From contig OZ296654.1 of NCBI GenBank assembly GCA_965655095.1, forward strand, positions 31,372,001 to 31,436,000: a DNA stretch of 64,000 nucleotides, written 5' to 3'. This document shows, in pieces, positions 11,801 through 23,657 of the stretch (within the stretch, counting starts at the first letter, position 1; every line of letters starts with the position of its first letter). Origin of the DNA: Haplodiscus bocki (lineage: Eukaryota). The notes beneath the pieces were generated by a model, which saw only the letters and a program-made list of their open reading frames with translations, was not told the DNA's origin and searched no databases. A program made the translations under genes and the position numbers.

Positions 11801-14137
11801 TTGATAGAAGCATCTGAGCAGGGAAAGGTTTTGGCATCTACGTTTTCATCAACTGCAGAGGCTCCCACTCTAGCGTACTTTTATCGCGAATCCAAAAGAA
11901 ACAATTATCACCAGAAGAACAACAACTTTGAGATAGTTGTAGTAGGTTTATTGTGGTGACTTTTTTAAAACTTGGCTTCTTTCAGTTCAAAAAATTAGTG
12001 AATGCGATCAAAACGAAATTTCCGCTTGAAATCATTTTCTCTTGTCATTTCCTTTTAAACAATTGTGATATTTAAGCAAACTATGACGGGAACAATTCCA
12101 AATCAGTATCCATTCAAACATGGTAAAGGCAAAGCTAACAATGAAATTTCGCATAGCGCATGTCCGTCGTAATATTAACGGAGCCTCAATTTCTTTTCGT
12201 TCCAACAAATGAAAGGCACTTGTAGGCATTACAATGGATTATCAAAAATTACCCTTTTTCAGATATCTCGAACAAGGAATGAGTTACATTGCACCTTCAC
12301 TTGAAATGTACGCTGCTCGAACTTATGAAGACAGCCAAGACAACTTCCCGGATCAAAAAATGGAAATCTGCATGAGCGCACAATGATGTGAAACAAATGA
12401 AACAAAGATTTTCTGATATTTCTTAGGGCTACGTCAATTAAACATGAGGGCGTTGATCTGAAGTTCTCGAAAAGGAATTTCACCGGCGGCAAACGAAGTG
12501 CCGTGACAACTTCTTACTACCGATTTCTTTTGTTTGGCGACCCTGAGAGTAATGACGTCGTTCTTTCTTTCACAACGTCCAAAAGTCAATCTAGCACCGC
12601 TCTTCAATTCTTTCCTTAAATAACTCCTGAAAAGCCCGTTCATAGTCTCTGCTCCAGTTTTACTTTCTATTCCGCGATTATAAGCCACAATCTCTTCTTA
12701 CAGACTGATCATTGCCTAATTACGGGAAATAAAAAGATGTTGCCTTTGAAAATAATTCCTGGAAACACCACTTCAGTAGAAGAATACTCCTTCTTCAGGT
12801 AAATTCACATCGTTGGCTGTTGCATGCAAGAATTGACTAAACGTGAAAATACACGTCTTCAGAATCAAGAGTTCATCAATTGAACTTGGGCAATGCTTGA
12901 TTGTTCACGATGTTTGCTCTGGCCAGCTATATGACGGCAGTACTACGGATGATAGTAAATGTCGATGTAATGTTGCACCTCAGAAGAGGCGCATGCCATG
13001 AGGTTTCTGTTGACGTGCGACGAATTCCAAAAGAAACAGCTGGAACAGATCCTATTAAGGGGTCCAACTATTTCGTGTATAAATCAAACCTCTACCACGC
13101 ATTGTGCCGACTAGTTTCTTTTTCGCCGAGGATGATAACATGTTTCTTAGAAATGGGCAACAGCACTCCTGGACTTGCATACATCTATGGAAAAAATAAG
13201 AACTGAAGGAACAGCAGCAGACTCAATGGTAATTTCGGAAATCCATTGTCTTACTTGCAACATGGGACACCTAATTGACGTTGGTGATTAGAGAACAACT
13301 CTGTAATCCATAGTCAAAAACTGAGGACTAACCGTTTAGATTATGATTGCCCTTTTGAGCACCTGGATGCTATCAAGCCAAAACTTCTCTTTTGCTGCAA
13401 TTTTGTTTTCAACTTTTTCAATTGGCCATGAGCACTCGGCGGCTCTAGTTCAAAATTGCAGCTAATCCAAAAAAAAAACAAAAACCCGTCCAGTCTTTCA
13501 TCATTTTCCGTGATATGATCCAGTATCTAATCATGATGTACAACTGCAGAAAAGAATCTTGCTATTTATTCAGCTCCGTTCGAGAAATGCTTCCGCTAGC
13601 TCTAGATGACTAGAGCGCTTCAATTATATGTTTATGAACTTGTAAAATTCTTTCAACAACTTGTACTTTACACCAGCTAAATTCGAGCTTCACACAAAAT
13701 TTGGGCTGGATTTCGAACCACTTGCGAGACAGAAGAATCATTTTGCAGCTAAAACTTAGGGTGTCTTGGGGTGTGATAGTTACGATAAGTCAAATGAAAA
13801 GGGGAGAAAACTCGATTTTTAATGAAGATGGCATGAGATGGAAAAAACGACCTCACTTTTCTGATTGTTTGAAATTCTATGCCTTCTCCTTTATCAATAC
13901 GAGACGGAATTATCCTGATACATCGCGAATTTCCAAAAAAACTTGACTAAAGACTCAAAAAAATTTTAGTGACTATCCCATCGGAAGTCAAACCTTTTGC
14001 AGTAAAACTATAAAAAAGACCATCACTGCTGCGCTATAGTGCCTTTATCTAACACAAAATTGAGTTGTTCTCGGAATGGTTCGACTCAGGCGAATCAATC
14101 GTCTTCGAAGAAATCAAGCTGAACTCGGTTGAATAGA

Positions 14138-14800
14138 CAAACAAGACGGCCGGCTAGCACCGGCATATTTTTCGCCCAACTACAAATATTTTGATCAACT
14201 TTTGCAAACGGTTAAAAAGAACTGTTTTGATATTAGTTTTCAAAGCGTTTTTACAAACATCAATTCGACCACTGATTTCTGTACTTTGTGCAAAGGGGTA
14301 TCACGATTGTCCGTTGAAAGATTTTTGTCTCACAGTTCCGAAAAATTTCGTCGAGGAACCCTTCTGTGTTTCAGAAAATTTCTGGTACCGAAAAGTGTTT
14401 GGGATAAGAGAGGGGGGTTTCACGTTTTTCCGTCGAAAATTTTGTCTCACTGCCGAAAAGTTTCGTAGGGCAACCCTTTAGTGTCACTAATTTCGGGTAT
14501 CGAAAAATTTTATGCTTCAGAGGGTTATGTCACTATTTTCTGCCGAAATTTTTTGTCTCACAGTGCCGAAATTTTCCGTAGGGGAACCCCTTAGTATTTC
14601 ACTAATTTCGGGTGTCGAAAAATGTTAAGGATAAATTGTAGAAATTTTTGGCAGGGCAGTGACTCGAACCCCGAACCTACTGCTTGAGAACCTTGTTGTC
14701 CTACGCCTACCACTGTCATTTATTTTTGAATAAAAAGAGTTGGCAATTTTGGTCAGATGAAAAAAAAAAGAAAAACGACCCTACTGAATGAATAATTTTT
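14138..14800 (-). mobile_element. Non-autonomous Helentron/DINE-like element with internal 110-133 bp tandem repeats
   Basis: Begins aaacaagacgGCCGGctagcaCCGGC (terminal GC hairpin) exactly where copy 3 diverges (gaatagacaaa|, ~28003). The same terminus recurs at ~24731 and ~47199. The tgtctcac unit anchor occurs 3x here. Confidence 0.55.
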
Positions 14801-15100
14801 AGTCAACTGGTATGCCTGAACGAGCTATACAAGAAATGAAGAATCACCTTAACTCGTGAAGGGAAAAATTTGTTCAGGCGCTATTCCGGCACACTTGCAC
14901 CTTAATAGCGTGCCTTAATAGCGTGCCTTAATAGCAACGTGTAAAAGTGATCGGCAAGAATGATTTCACGTTGACTAAAACAGTTACTATATTGTTTGTT
15001 CATGAACGCGGAAATTCTGTTCACGCTTCTCGCGGCTACGCCGCTCGAAGCGTGCCAGAATTTCCTCGTTCATGAACAAACAATATAGTAACTATTACTT
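14797..15100 (+). mobile_element. ~300 bp insertion with sub-terminal inverted repeats and long terminal hairpin
   Basis: Absent from copy 2 (empty site aataatttttcttgt at ~25646). IR ttttagtcaac (14797) / gttgactaaaa (14970), 13-mer cttaatagcgtgc x~2.7 (14901), and hairpin 14982-15093. Confidence 0.85.
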
Positions 15101-16949
15101 CTTGTATATTACATACTGCGAAAAATAAAACGGTATCGTTCAAATCGAAAATTAGACAACTGCCAAAATGTCAGGTGAGCCGAAAGGATCCCATTAAATC
15201 TTTTCGAGCAAGAAAGCGCTCTTATCCATGTCATTAGTTGGTGACGGAGTCCGAAATCAGAAGAGGATTTGGTTCGTGATCCACTGATCAAGTATTTTGC
15301 CGCTCTACAAATCAAGCCCGCTATGCGATCTGAAACAGGTGACTTAAAATATCACAATCTCGAAAGTCTATCATTCCTAGGAGAGATAGGCGCTGCAAGA
15401 GTGGCGAGAAGTTACCTCCCTGAAACACACGAACAAGTATCGCATGATAGAATAGTGCCTCTTGTAGGATCAAGTAACGCATCGCAAATTCGTTCGAAGT
15501 CTCGAGAAATGCTGGTGCCATCTCTCCAAGAAGAAAGTTCGGAGAATACACCAGAAAAAAACGCTTGTAGTGAAAGCATGCACCTAGGACCATCTGAAAG
15601 CAACTTGAAAAACCTATCAAGCTTGGATAACAATATTGCAGTAGGAGGACTGCCAGAAATTGATCAAGTCACGAATGCGCAAGAAGGACATCCGAGAAGA
15701 ATGCGTCACGATTAAAATCAACTTGAGCTTGCAAAAAGAATTCCACAATTGTCTTCAATCCATTCATTAGTAATGAACTTCATTACTGTTTATACCAATC
15801 GAAGGATCAAATCCGCACTATGAGAACAGAGGACCGAAGCCAAAGGGCTGTGGTGTTAAATCACGTTAAGCATTTTGTTGCTAGCTGTTTTCTGTTGCTA
15901 TAGGGGAAAATCTTGATTTTCTATTGTGAGTCGAAGGCCCCCCTTTGTGATTTCAGGGAAAACGACAGTGTGATTGAGTAAAATGTTGGAAGTTTATTCA
16001 TCCGAGAAAGTGACAGATTTCTTTATATGTTTTCAAAAGTTTAAGGATTGTTCTTTCAATCCCGGAAACAAGACAAACTTGAGCAGTGTTTTTTCGTTTC
16101 AAGTCAGCAACTGAAAGAAGAGTGAAGATTTTTTCTCGGGAGAAAACGCGAAACTTTTTTTCCATCTAAACCCTTTGCTTGCAAAAAACCTCTGTGGTTT
16201 TTTGAAGAATTTAGTTTCCCTAGGTATAATTGAAAATAAAAGCACAAAGGCGTAGCTTTTGTTTTCTATTGGAAAATAGGCCGTGCCAGCTCACTTGCAC
16301 CAATTGAGTTCCGCTAAAGGTCCAAAAAATGACATTTTCGAAGAATTTATAAGGAAAATTTTCCTTTTTTTAACAAAACAACAAAGCTCTCAAGTGGGAT
16401 TATTACTTATGCAAACTTGCTTCAAACATGCTCAAAATTTTTTTGTGAAGTGTAGCGGTAGTCGGTCAAAATAAAGACTTCAATATCAGGGTATTCCTGA
16501 AGCCAAAAACTATTGAAAAACACTGTACTCAATTGTGAGTGTTTTCAGCTTATCAGCATTCCAATCAGAAGAACATTGAAACCCGGAAAAAGAAAATGCT
16601 GGCAATGAGAAAACTCGTTTCAAGTTGTTTCTGAAAATAGTTTTGCAGTATTTTCGTGTTTAAATGTTAGTTTTTTTGCAGTTGAAAAGTTATTCCTGGA
16701 GAGTTTGGCGTTTTTGAGGTTTTTTTAAATTTATGAAACTCAAGTTAGGCTATTCAATATTGCCCAAAGGTTCAAATTTGAAAAGTTTTGGCCTAAAAGA
16801 ACCAAAAACAATTTGAAAAAAAAATAGGACTTCTTGGTTTTTCCAAACAAAATTACTTTATAGTAGAAAAAAACACCAAACACGACTAAAAAGTTGGGAT
16901 CTTCTGAGCGTTAAACTTGGACCATCGTCACTTGATGACCATCTATTGT

Positions 16950-19900
16950 AATCAACCACTACAATGAAGAAGTCAGGTAGTACGTCACTTGAGTTGATGC
17001 AGTGGACGCAGCTTGAATTGGCAGACGATACCAGAAAAAAATCTGCAGAATGATATCATGTTTTCTCCTTCCGCAATATGTTACGACGAAGAATAGGAAA
17101 TGCTCAGTGTATGATTTTCTATGATTTATCTGATAAACCTAAACCAGCCAGTAGTTCATATGGAAATTCGCATTGTTCCTTGTTGCAATACCCGCTTTGT
17201 GGGACGGAGAGAAAGGTGAAAAGCAGTTAAGTCAGAAGGAGTCAGGGGCGCATGAATACCAGTTGTTCCGAGTTCGCTTAGTTGTCGGAGAGTCACTGGT
17301 CTTTGCGTTGAACAGCATCGTGCTGGTTTTGGTCAGCATCTAGAGGATCGCTAAGTTTTGTTCAGTTGGCTTCCGAGCAGTTCCTCGTGTTTTGGCTTGT
17401 TGGCAGCTTCATACAGATTGTTTGTCATTTTCTTGAGAAGATTACTGAGTCATATTTTCATGAACAGTCACTTCGGCTGCCAGCTCGGGTTGACGGTATT
17501 TGGGAGTTTAATAAGCGGTCGTCTTTGCATATTTTCTGTGGTCAGTTCATTTTTCAAAATTTATCATTGAACCTGTTCTTGCTGTTCTCAATATGGTCGT
17601 CGTGTTTTTCTTTTTCTCAGTTAGTGGAAAGGGGCCGTAATAAGAAGGGTTCATCAAACTGCTAGTCTGCCGGTGGCTGTTTGTTCAGCATTTTGGAGTT
17701 GTATTCGGGGTTTGACCTGCGCTTCGGGATTTCACATCGCTGCCTATTGCTTGCTTCGTTCGTATACTTGACGTTCCTTTCTTAGAATAATTTGGATTAG
17801 CAATTGCGTATAAATTAATTTTTCGCAAGATAGGGCTGGTAGATTTGATGATGTAATGATGTTATTAGCAATGGCTGGTCTTGGAAATGTTTGCATCTAT
17901 GTTTTGAGTGTCTCACCGTAGCTCGAAGTTTTTTGTGCGGGCTGATATGTTCACAAATGGAACGTAGAAAACAAAAATGCTTAGAGAAATGGTACGAATG
18001 CTCGTTTCACGGTCAAATGACCGTTCCGGCAAAGGTCCAACCAAGTGCTGTTCTTCAGCTACAAGGGTGAGTGTGTGATCTGAGAACCCACTCAAGAAAA
18101 TGAGTGATTTAGGTACAAGCAGTTCCTACTAGTGAACATTAGTGAACCAATTTTCTCTTGAGTCATCAGTAAACTTGGTGTGGCTAACTCTGTAGAAAGT
18201 CAGTTTCTGAGTGTCATGAGATATATGTCGAGTTGAGGTGAGGAATAGACACATTGGAAGTTGAACACAGTGGTGTCATTGGCGTTGGTACAATTATGAA
18301 GTGAATCTGGGCCAATGGCATTTCGTGAGATACGTTCACTTTTTGAAAGTCTATTGTCGCTTTTCAGCAGGGATAACCGAGTGATGAAGGTGTCAAGTAC
18401 ATAGAAGCTGATACAATCAAGAAAAATAAGTTCCAAAATGTTTTCAATTATGTTGTCGTGGAAAAGGAAAACAAAAAGCGTTTGTGGAAAGGCAATAATT
18501 TTTTTCATTGCACTAGATTGTGGCGTTAGATGTGATGGCAAATCTGTTTGCATTTCTCCCGCAATCTTTGTGGAGTAATTTGTGAAACATTCCGACGCTC
18601 TCATTCTAGAAACATTTTTGCTTAATTGAAAATTGAATGTTCATGTGCAACAAATGGATGCAATTGACACATAAACTTGTTCTTTTTGAAGACTTCAACT
18701 CTTTGGCTCTGTAGGAACTTTGCAATAGAATGCGGTGGCAGGTAGACTGGTATTGGTTGGGCAATCCTTTTGCCTTTCCTTTCCGTACCCGTACAGTTGA
18801 TCGTTGTGGTCCGCAGTGGTTCCTGGTGTGAAAGAGACTAAGTTGGTCTACAAATGAAGACCACTTCCTTCGACGAGCAAGTCGAAAATGAAAGTGACTG
18901 TCATTATGAAAAAACTGTGGTACTGTATGGAAGTTGTTCTAATACCAGTACTTTTATCACGAGCCATCACTATAAATGTCAGAAGTTTGCTGCTTTGAGG
19001 TCGTTTTGCGGTGTATGTTCAATAAAGTCTGCTTCAGAATATGATTGTGAGGAAGTTTGGTTTTTGCAAGGGGTGCAGCTCTTGATGATTCTAGGTCGGC
19101 GATGTCATCAATATTAGTGAATCCTGAACTAGTTGCTGATGAGACTAGAATATGTGGTTGTTGCGATATGATTCCATTTCATGACTCCATCAGTTGATGT
19201 AGGCGGTTAGGAAGTGCGATTGTGACCCAGAACGAAATTAGATCTCTGAAAGGATTACGATGTAGAATGCAGAGTGACACAAATAGCCATGGAACAACTC
19301 TTTGGCTGGGCCGTTTTCAGAATTTTGAACCTAAGTGATGCTGGGTGTTCGAGTGATTGAAATGTTGTTGAGCGCTGAAGCACTGGATTTTTTCATCAAG
19401 TCATGGTATGTTAATTGCATGTCGCTTGACAGACAATCCCGTATCTTTCCGTTGCAAACATGAACAGGAGAATCGTGGAGGTATCTGTGGGTATCATAGC
19501 ATCTGGTTGATGTTATTTGTCGGTGCAACTTGTCTTGACATTGCTGCCGGCCGCGGTTGTGTGAAATCGGTTGGCCCTTTTGTGAAGTGACGAGCTACTG
19601 CTGTTAGGAGTGTTGTTTTTGTTGTTGCAATTGCTGTTACGTTCATCTCGTCATCGGAGGTTGGGCTCGAATGATGACCATAAGATGATTTTTTTTGAAG
19701 TAATGAGGTGCGTTCCGGCTTGGAGTTCAAACGAGTTTGAATAACCCAGCACAAGCACAATCAAAAATTTTGGTGAGTTGCGAAGGGACGCGTCCATATT
19801 TTGACGGATCCGCCAAGTTTCATTGAGCTGTGCAGTAATTGCTTGAAGTTGAGCAACAATGGTATGAAGGAATGATTCATCTCGTTTAGTTTCCAGCCTG

Positions 19901-20034
19901 AAGTCAAAATAGTTGTAAGTGGTCCAGAACATGATTTCGTGCAGCCGAAAACGATTTTTGACCATTTCAGAGTTCTGGCTCGCCAATTTTAGTTCCTCTA
20001 TTTTTGCTAGAATACAGAGTTACCTTACGTAACA
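16950..20034 (-). mobile_element. Heavily deleted Ty3/Gypsy LTR retrotransposon
   Basis: Minus strand TGTTACG.. short LTR remnant then PBS TGGCGAGCCAG. RNase H-like (G)SKILKTAQPK (~19300-19330), integrase-like region 17900-18800, C-terminal PKRRSNPEYN (~17700-17728). RT appears deleted. Confidence 0.6.
19975..19985 (-). promoter_or_regulatory. Primer-binding site, tRNA-Arg type
   Basis: Minus strand TGGCGAGCCAG is complementary to the tRNA-Arg 3' end (...CTGGCTCGCCA) and lies at the start of a gag-like ORF (19651..19986). Confidence 0.6.
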
Positions 20035-20049
20035 TAAGAAACCACTATG

Positions 20050-21750
20050 GAACCGTAGCTACCGCGAAAAAACTTTCAATTTGCGGAAGAATTTTTGAAA
20101 TTGTTATTGTTCATTGGATCCAAAATAGTCTAAGGTGGGATTTCGAGGGCAATGTTGAGGTGATTTAAACCGTACAAACTGAATGAAGTCGGAAAATTGA
20201 ACTAAAACCAACGCAAAGTTAAAGAAATGGATGCCAGAAAAAATCGACAAAGTCATTTTGACGGCTGCATAACTTGAACCAGCAGAATACTTTAGTGATC
20301 GGGACGAAAAAAAGAAACATCAGGGGCGCTACTGTATTCAGTCAAAAAGAGAAGTGGGCACTAAAGTCGATACCGAACTTCTTGAAAAAAGCTCAATTTC
20401 AAAAAAGTCGAGGGAATCAGAGTAAACGGACAGGCTACGCCGCGGTAATTTTTTCAAATATTTCAATCGGACTTCATCGATGGTTTTGCTCTACTTGGAA
20501 GATATGAGGTCGATAATCAAACCAACTCTACAATAACCCACGTGAATTTTGATGCAAACCCTCCCGGCTAGAATATGGACAATGGGCCATGCTTCTCAGT
20601 GGAGCTACTGGAAGACCTGAATAGTGTTAAAATAATAAATGAAAATGGTAATTAGCAAGTGAGCAGTACCTTGAAACTTTGAATGTGATCTCAAAAAGCT
20701 CTAATTCAACATCTATTGTTTGAGTACAGAAATTTTTGATTGAAATCGCTTTCAGAAAAAGAGCAAAAGCATCCTCTTTTAGTGGTTTAGATTTTCATTA
20801 GCAGGTGGTTTTTTGAGGCCCTTGTGTTATCAAGTTTTGATCTCGGTCAATTTTTGTTCTCTCCTCAAGACATGATCACTGAAGGTAGTATTAAAACCTA
20901 ATAGATACCTGAAGGCAAAAATCGAGTAACCCGTGAGTCGCAGATGCAACATCATTGCCGCAGAATCCATTCGGGTAAGCCTTCAAAGTTGGAGTGAGGT
21001 TGAAGTTAAAGACATCCTCCACCCTGCGGTGTTACACAAACAAAACACAAACAAAATCTGCGGTGTTACAGAGGTTAATTCATAAGAACCAGCGTAACTG
21101 GAAGTTGCATCTGAGTTTAAACAACTTGGGGAACTAAATCGACAAACATCATTTTCATCCACCGTCTCATTTTCATCCAAGTCTACAGTTCATCTTGTCT
21201 CAACGGAACATCGCTCCGTGCTATTCTTTCAACCAGTCACTCTAGCCAGGATTCAACAATCGTGGCGTGGTCTGGAACAAAACAAGTAGTCAGTGCAATA
21301 CAGACAGCAATTGATTTGGTGTTGACAAGTGATTGGCCCCATAGACCGTCTGCTGGAATAAAAAACCAGGAATGTAGAGTTGTAAAAGTTTGATCCCAAA
21401 AAAGATGTTTCTAAATTCAACGCTTCTTGAGAAAATTCAAAAAAATGAATGCGTTTGTTAGCACTTTTTCCGACTGTGCATTGCCAAAGTGCAATGCAGC
21501 ACGATTCCATGGCTAACATTTGGTAATTTTAAACCGAGAGAGCAATTGCATCGCCAGTTACTCCTCCCAACGAAGAAACCACCGGAGGCCCACTGCGCAT
21601 ATCTTCGGTAACTCTACAAGTAACAAGGGAGGCTTTCAATTCATCCATTGAAGGAAGCCCATACTTCCCACAGCAATCTTGATAATTTTTTTCCAAACTT
21701 CTGAAGCTTGCTCTACTGAAAGAGATGAAAGTCGATTAACGGATTTCCAA
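20050..21750 (-). pseudogene. Possible Kyakuja-Dileera-Zisupton (KDZ) transposase relic
   Basis: Minus strand CCGKYG...GDAIALG, then GLPVAPLR...VCIK...(D)E-SPIEIFEKI...VYSD...AFFKKFGID. Motif order resembles KDZ CxK..G..ESP..F..YD..REP.FFK..F.vD, but frameshifts are required. Confidence 0.3.
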
Positions 21751-22149
21751 TAACACAAATGTTTTGCTGCGAAACTGCGCGAAAGGAGTCATGTGAATCA
21801 TTCATCTCTCAAAACAGTTTCGTTAATAAGAGGAAACATGCTTTGAAATCAATTGTCCTACAAGATAACAGGGGTTGTTTTGATGCCTTTTTTGAAGACC
21901 TTCAGCCTTTCCGAACGTTTAACGCCTCTATAATGAGCTTCATCACCTTCACAAAGATATGTTTAGCCAAAAAAAGGTGTGGAGAGTCTAGATAAAGCTG
22001 ATGATAATCATAGTTTAATAACATTTGCCTTTGATTGAGGGGACGATGTCGACATGGTGACATGGTTGTCCTCTAAAAAGATAAGGAGTTTGAGATCCGT
22101 GTTTTTAAAAATATGCTGTCTTCAAAGACTGTTAATTGAAATTCCAACT

Positions 22150-23657
22150 ATAGTCATGGGGACAGTACAAAAATAGGTACTGAGAACAACTCTAGCCTAA
22201 AATTTATTATGTCGAGAAAAATGGAATTCGACTGGATTCTTGTTGACGATTTTAACATTGATCCCTTGAAGCAATCAAAACAAAGAAAAGATCTATTTCG
22301 TATGACGGAAAGGTTCCACGTTCACATATGCAATACGTTCAAGCACACTTGATTTTTTCGTGTCCCCAGACTTTTAGAGATCAATTCTACTCAAAATTAC
22401 ACGTAGCGGCTGCTAAGAATTTGGAAAAAAATAATGAGAACACTTTGTCAGTTTCACCTAATTGATTGGCCACATCGATGTCAGAACATTTCGGTCTCGA
22501 GTTCGTAAACTTCTAACCAAAAACTCCAATCAATTTAGCTACTTCTACATTTTCCACAATTTCATTGGCAGACTCGACTGTAACTCAATGGATTTCGAAC
22601 GTGGCTTCAGTTCTCATGCTAAATCTATCGTCCAGTCCGCTAACAAAAATGGGCTACTGGGACACGTGCGTTCGAAACAAAATCTTGGCAGCCAGCCCAA
22701 ATAAAGAATTATCAGTGAAAGACGTCAACTGTACTTGGTCTGGCGCAGAAATCCAAATGATGTGATCATGTGAAATAGGTTCATATAGCGAAAAAAGTCT
22801 AGCAAATGTTATTAGTCAAAAATTCAACAAAGTTGAGTTCGACCAGAGTTTTGTAGATACCAGCGTCTTGCGTAACCACACATTCGCTGAACAGCTTGTC
22901 AGCCAATTTCTACACGTGAAAAAAGTTTTGACTATTTCGATAGTGATAATGCTGAGATCGGTCTTTGTTGTTTTGCTGCATCCCTTAGACTGCAATTTTT
23001 TCCCGCAATTAGTCATAGACATTCAATTTCTCCGTGTCAGCCAAATGAAACGGAAGTTAACGACATTGCCTTAAAACTGAAAAGCATTACACCTTGAGAT
23101 GCTTAAAATACCCGTGAAAAAATAAGGCTGGGCGTCGATCAAATAATTCAACCTTTTAATCTTCCGATCAACCGCTCAATGCTGTTTCGTTTTTCCTTAA
23201 CGCACTTGAGTTGAATAATGTGACTCCTATCTGTAAAAACGCTGATCAGGAGGATTTGTCAATTCATAGACTGACACCTTCAGTACCAATTTTGTTTCAA
23301 TTCTTCGAGGACAGTTCAAACGAATGGTTTGTTAGGTATGTTGAGAAATTCAATCCCCTCAAACGAAAAAAAAATTGGCTTCAGAAGCAAGCGTAAAGCT
23401 ATCGATACTGTGGTTTCATTTTTGAACAGATTAGGCGATCTGTGGTTAACAACAAAGCTCGTGTTGAATTTTTCCTGACCTGACAAAAGTTTTCTCACGC
23501 TTGATAACTTTATCACATTTCAAAATTGGATCAAGTGCTCACCAAGGTCTAGTTCTATCAAAATTGAGATCCTATTTGTCGAAAAGAAAACAATATCTTC
23601 GTTTTGAGAAACCTGCTCATCTTCCGAGGAGAATAAATGTATAATGCCACAGGGTCC
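22150..23657 (+). mobile_element. Non-LTR retrotransposon (CR1/L2-like) ORF2 fragment, APE end to RT PQG motif
   Basis: VDDFNIDPLK (~22242), LNNVTPICKNADQEDLSIHRLTPSVPILFQFFE (23211), then MPQG at ~23644-23655, where the sequence switches into the segmental repeat. Confidence 0.8.

Larger units (their letters stand above)
12477..15764. repeat. Segmental repeat unit, copy 1 (~3.3 kb)
   Basis: 13060-15764 matches 23651-26320, and 12477-14140 matches 26318-28000. The ORF track shows identical translations (e.g. 15269..15715 = 25825..26271). Confidence 0.97.
11800..15765 (-). pseudogene. Decayed long coding region, probably the N-terminal/Rep half of the Helitron-like element; interrupted at ~14141-15130
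   Basis: Long stop-poor minus-strand stretches (APISPRNDRL..SPVSDRIAGLI..RFNGILS; EVVFPGIIFK; RAFQELFK) resemble, from memory, regions upstream of the helicase in Pif1/GIY-YIG Helitron-like proteins. HUH catalytic motifs are not cleanly readable. Confidence 0.35.

Noticed and set aside
14650-14720. Functional tRNA gene
   Set aside because: Acceptor and D stems do not pair convincingly; kept only as tRNA-like.
15269-15715. 148-aa plus-strand ORF identical at 25825-26271
   Set aside because: Identity reflects recent duplication; there are no recognisable motifs and the coding-like signal is on the opposite strand.
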